A stretch of 64,000 nt of DNA from Porphyridium purpureum (lineage: Eukaryota): assembly GCA_008690995.1 (NCBI GenBank), contig VRMN01000018.1:186001-250000 (forward strand), written 5' to 3'. Below are positions 61,439-64,000 of the stretch, piece after piece. Within the stretch, counting starts at the first letter, position 1; every line of letters starts with the position of its first letter. Under the pieces are notes generated by a model that had not been told where the DNA came from, did not search any database, and saw only the letters and a list, made by a program, of their open reading frames with translations. A program made the translations under genes and the position numbers.

Positions 61439-61774
61439 GGCCCAAATTGTGGTGAGACGCAAATTTATCATAAAGCAAATGAATATACACGTTAAATGCT
61501 CTTACCCCTGAATCTCAGGACAAGTGGAAGTGGCCATCGGACTGCCCCGCTTCCTTGCCTGTGTGCGGTTTGATTGTGCACTCCTGCACTATAGCGCTGA
61601 ACCCAAGCATGCTCTAATTTCCGAGCATGCTCGCGAATGACATCCCACGTTAGCGTTAAAGTCTCAAAAGTTTTAGAAGGTGGACACAACAAGTCCAACC
61701 CGTTGGTACTTGCTCCTCCCCGTGCTGTCCCGCGGGGCCGAAATTCTGCAAGGTGCAGTGGCCGTTCCGAATAA

Positions 61775-64000
61775 TTACGTGCACGGCTCTAGCGCTAGCA
61801 TAGACTTACCGCATGTGGTGCAAAGAAGCTTCTTGTTCCTGATGCTCATGTCGACGAGCGCATGCCTAACATCCGCGAGCGCAAAAAGTACGCGTGAAAT
61901 CGACGGGTGGAGAACGTCCATCAGGCGGCGCGACTTGAGCAAGGCGACCTCGACATGCTTTTTCCACAGCTCCACAATACCTTTCCACGACCTCGGCACA
62001 AAGCGCGGTTCAGCCACAAACGGCCCCTCAAAGTCGTGCGTGCGGTACGTGAAGCAACCAGCGGCTTGAAGATCTGGCTTGCCGCAGCATCCCCACCGAC
62101 CTCCCCGCAATGACTGTTCATCCTCGATCACAAAGGATTCCACAGCCATGTGCACCACGCAGGGGCCGTCTGTACTGCCAAACTCGTCAACAAAGCCACA
62201 ACGAAGACACCGCCTCGCGCCGATCGAGCAGCTCTCCCTTTCTGCGCATTTCCAGAGTTCAGATTGCCCGCAGCAGCTAAACGCTTCGTCTGGATACTTT
62301 TCCACTGCTCCAGTGTCTGACAGAATGAGGCGAGTAAAAGCAATGTTGATACCCTCGTGAAAATGGCAGCTCCGCTGTCGCCGCAATCCCACGACCTCAT
62401 GGGATCCATCTGGTAAGTTTGTCACGCGGACCAGGCCTTTGCACCTGGCACAAGCAAGCTTTGCCTCAGATTCCATCTCTCGAAACAAGGCCCGGAATAG
62501 GTCCGTAATACGCATCTTCACTGGAAAGCCGGTATCGCGAACTGCGCTCCCTTGGATCAGCGTCAGATAACCCATGATCTTGTCCACCATTTTCATTACA
62601 TCCAGCAGAGTCTGCGTGCCAATTTGATCTGCTTCAACGCGTTGCTGCGTTGGTATGTATGATGGCGGTATGTCATCAGCAAAGGTATGGCTCCTGCTGC
62701 TCTGTCCAGCCCGCACAGCATATTCCCCTTCGGACACGCGTTCTGGTGTGGCGGTTCCCGGTCGCCCTGATTCCAGGGGGTCATCAAATGGTTCCGGTGC
62801 ATGTGAATACGGCATCGGCTCACGAAATCTTTGGCCCGAGGAGTGCATTTCCCTCTCTGCTCTTTGCTCGAAGAACTCAGCATCCACATCGTGCTCCCCA
62901 GGCACCCACATTCCAGTGCCATGGCTTCTACGCGTCGCATGCGTAAATGGACCGTACGCGTTCTCGTAGCCCGGAAGCACGCCACTTACGAAAGCTCGAG
63001 CATTCCCGTTTGACTCGCGGTCGGCTGTCTCGCTTTCGTGGTACTCGGGGCGGTACTCGGGGCGGTACTCGGGGTGGTACCCGGGGCGGTACTCAGTGTG
63101 GTACTCGGTGGGAGCCGAAAGAGCTTCATCTGGGTGCATGTAGCGCATTTGGTCACGACTGAAACCCCCATCCCAGGCCTGGGAGGAGCCACGACTCGTT
63201 TCAGCGTCGTAATGCCGTGCATTCTCATGCGCCCGCGCTTGATAAGGATATCTGCGAATCCGGCCTCCTCCAAGGATTCCGGTGGGCGTATGTGACTCAT
63301 CGTGCCGCCCGACCGACGGCCCACACAGCGGGACCGCAGCAGAAGATCTCGAGGTCACATGATAGTCGCGAGCGCCACGGTGATCTAGCAGATCATAATT
63401 GTCTGTGGAGCTGAATTCTGCTCGTTCATTCCAATCATCATACCGCTGCATCACTCGTGCACTCTCGTCAGGCACACGAAACGGCCTTGTCCGAGCCCGC
63501 CAAGACTCCCGCTGCAGTTCGGGCCCGGCAAGATACTCAGTTTCCCTGCTTCTGTCTGGATAATTCCGCACCCTTTTGTCGCCGCTGGTGTGGCCAGCTT
63601 GCCCCACTTGGAAGGCCTCACCCGCTCGCGCATGGTGGCTGACCGGACGCGGTTCTCGCCTGTCACGTACAATGGCTCCACGAAGCGGACCGTGGCCGCG
63701 GTAAGGGCCGGATTGCATTCTCTGTTTCACCAACCCACGAATCCACTTCAGTGGGTTGTCGTTAACACCTAAACTGCCTTGCCGAAACGAATTCGACGAG
63801 TGTGCCGGGCTCTTGAACGTCCGAGTAGGAGCATAAGATGGCTCGGCACACAGCAGCTCTGGCCTTCTCTGTATTGTGGGCGCCGCACTCGGGCAGGCCA
63901 TTAGCGCTTGGAAAGGCGGCTGTTGCGCGGAATATCGCCCAATCGCGGCCACGGCGTGCGCCTCTGAGCCTGAGCAGGCCAAGGCGGAGCGACATCGTCG
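61775..64000 (-). CDS. Hypothetical protein with disordered N-half and C-terminal Cys/His-rich zinc-binding-like modules; 5' end may lie outside the window
   Basis: Frame is open from the window edge to TAA at 61775; modules CxxC...CxxH...(F/W)xCC...C...H occur twice. Confidence 0.6.
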   Translation of the reverse strand, partial: RRCRSALACSGSEAHAVAAIGRYSAQQPPFQALMACPSAAPTIQRRPELLCAEPSYAPTRTFKSPAHSSNSFRQGSLGVNDNPLKWIRGLVKQRMQSGPYRGHGPLRGAIVRDRREPRPVSHHARAGEAFQVGQAGHTSGDKRVRNYPDRSRETEYLAGPELQRESWRARTRPFRVPDESARVMQRYDDWNERAEFSSTDNYDLLDHRGARDYHVTSRSSAAVPLCGPSVGRHDESHTPTGILGGGRIRRYPYQARAHENARHYDAETSRGSSQAWDGGFSRDQMRYMHPDEALSAPTEYHTEYRPGYHPEYRPEYRPEYHESETADRESNGNARAFVSGVLPGYENAYGPFTHATRRSHGTGMWVPGEHDVDAEFFEQRAEREMHSSGQRFREPMPYSHAPEPFDDPLESGRPGTATPERVSEGEYAVRAGQSSRSHTFADDIPPSYIPTQQRVEADQIGTQTLLDVMKMVDKIMGYLTLIQGSAVRDTGFPVKMRITDLFRALFREMESEAKLACARCKGLVRVTNLPDGSHEVVGLRRQRSCHFHEGINIAFTRLILSDTGAVEKYPDEAFSCCGQSELWKCAERESCSIGARRCLRCGFVDEFGSTDGPCVVHMAVESFVIEDEQSLRGGRWGCCGKPDLQAAGCFTYRTHDFEGPFVAEPRFVPRSWKGIVELWKKHVEVALLKSRRLMDVLHPSISRVLFALADVRHALVDMSIRNKKLLCTTCGKSMLALEPCT
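63040..63108 (-). repeat. 12-bp coding tandem repeat (EYRP/EYHx)
   Basis: GGTACTCGGGGC-like unit, about 6 copies, translating TEYHTEYRPGYHPEYRPEYRPEYH. Confidence 0.9.

Overview
Eukaryotic nuclear DNA, GC-rich and very gene-dense: about 31 protein-coding genes in 64 kb, almost all single-exon. I found only one convincing spliceosomal intron, in a mitoribosomal mL53-like gene. Several plastid-targeted proteins (CGL160-, CPP1-, EGY- and fibrillin-like), extreme intron poverty and a spacer-interrupted RPB1 CTD suggest a unicellular red alga (Porphyridium-like). That taxonomy is inference, not a database result. Recognisable genes include RPB1, RPS8, eIF3d, RTEL1, RAD21, CTF4/WDHD1, NDUFB11, an EHD ATPase fused to a FYVE finger, a bestrophin, a Patched/NPC1-type SSD protein and a SnRK2-like kinase. 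No rRNA, tRNA, CRISPR array or transposase was recognised. The least explained signals are non-coding. (1) An AT-rich array of eight degenerate, internally palindromic 31-bp units in the bestrophin/RAD21 divergent promoter. (2) A 14-bp tandem array of MSA-like (AACGG) elements. (3) E2F sites in front of the three chromosome-maintenance genes. (4) A recurrent clustered GTACAG(T) promoter motif. (5) A 12-nt telomeric-template-like word in a structured intergenic region. Start codons were moved to the first plausible ATG where the ORF track used TTG/GTG.
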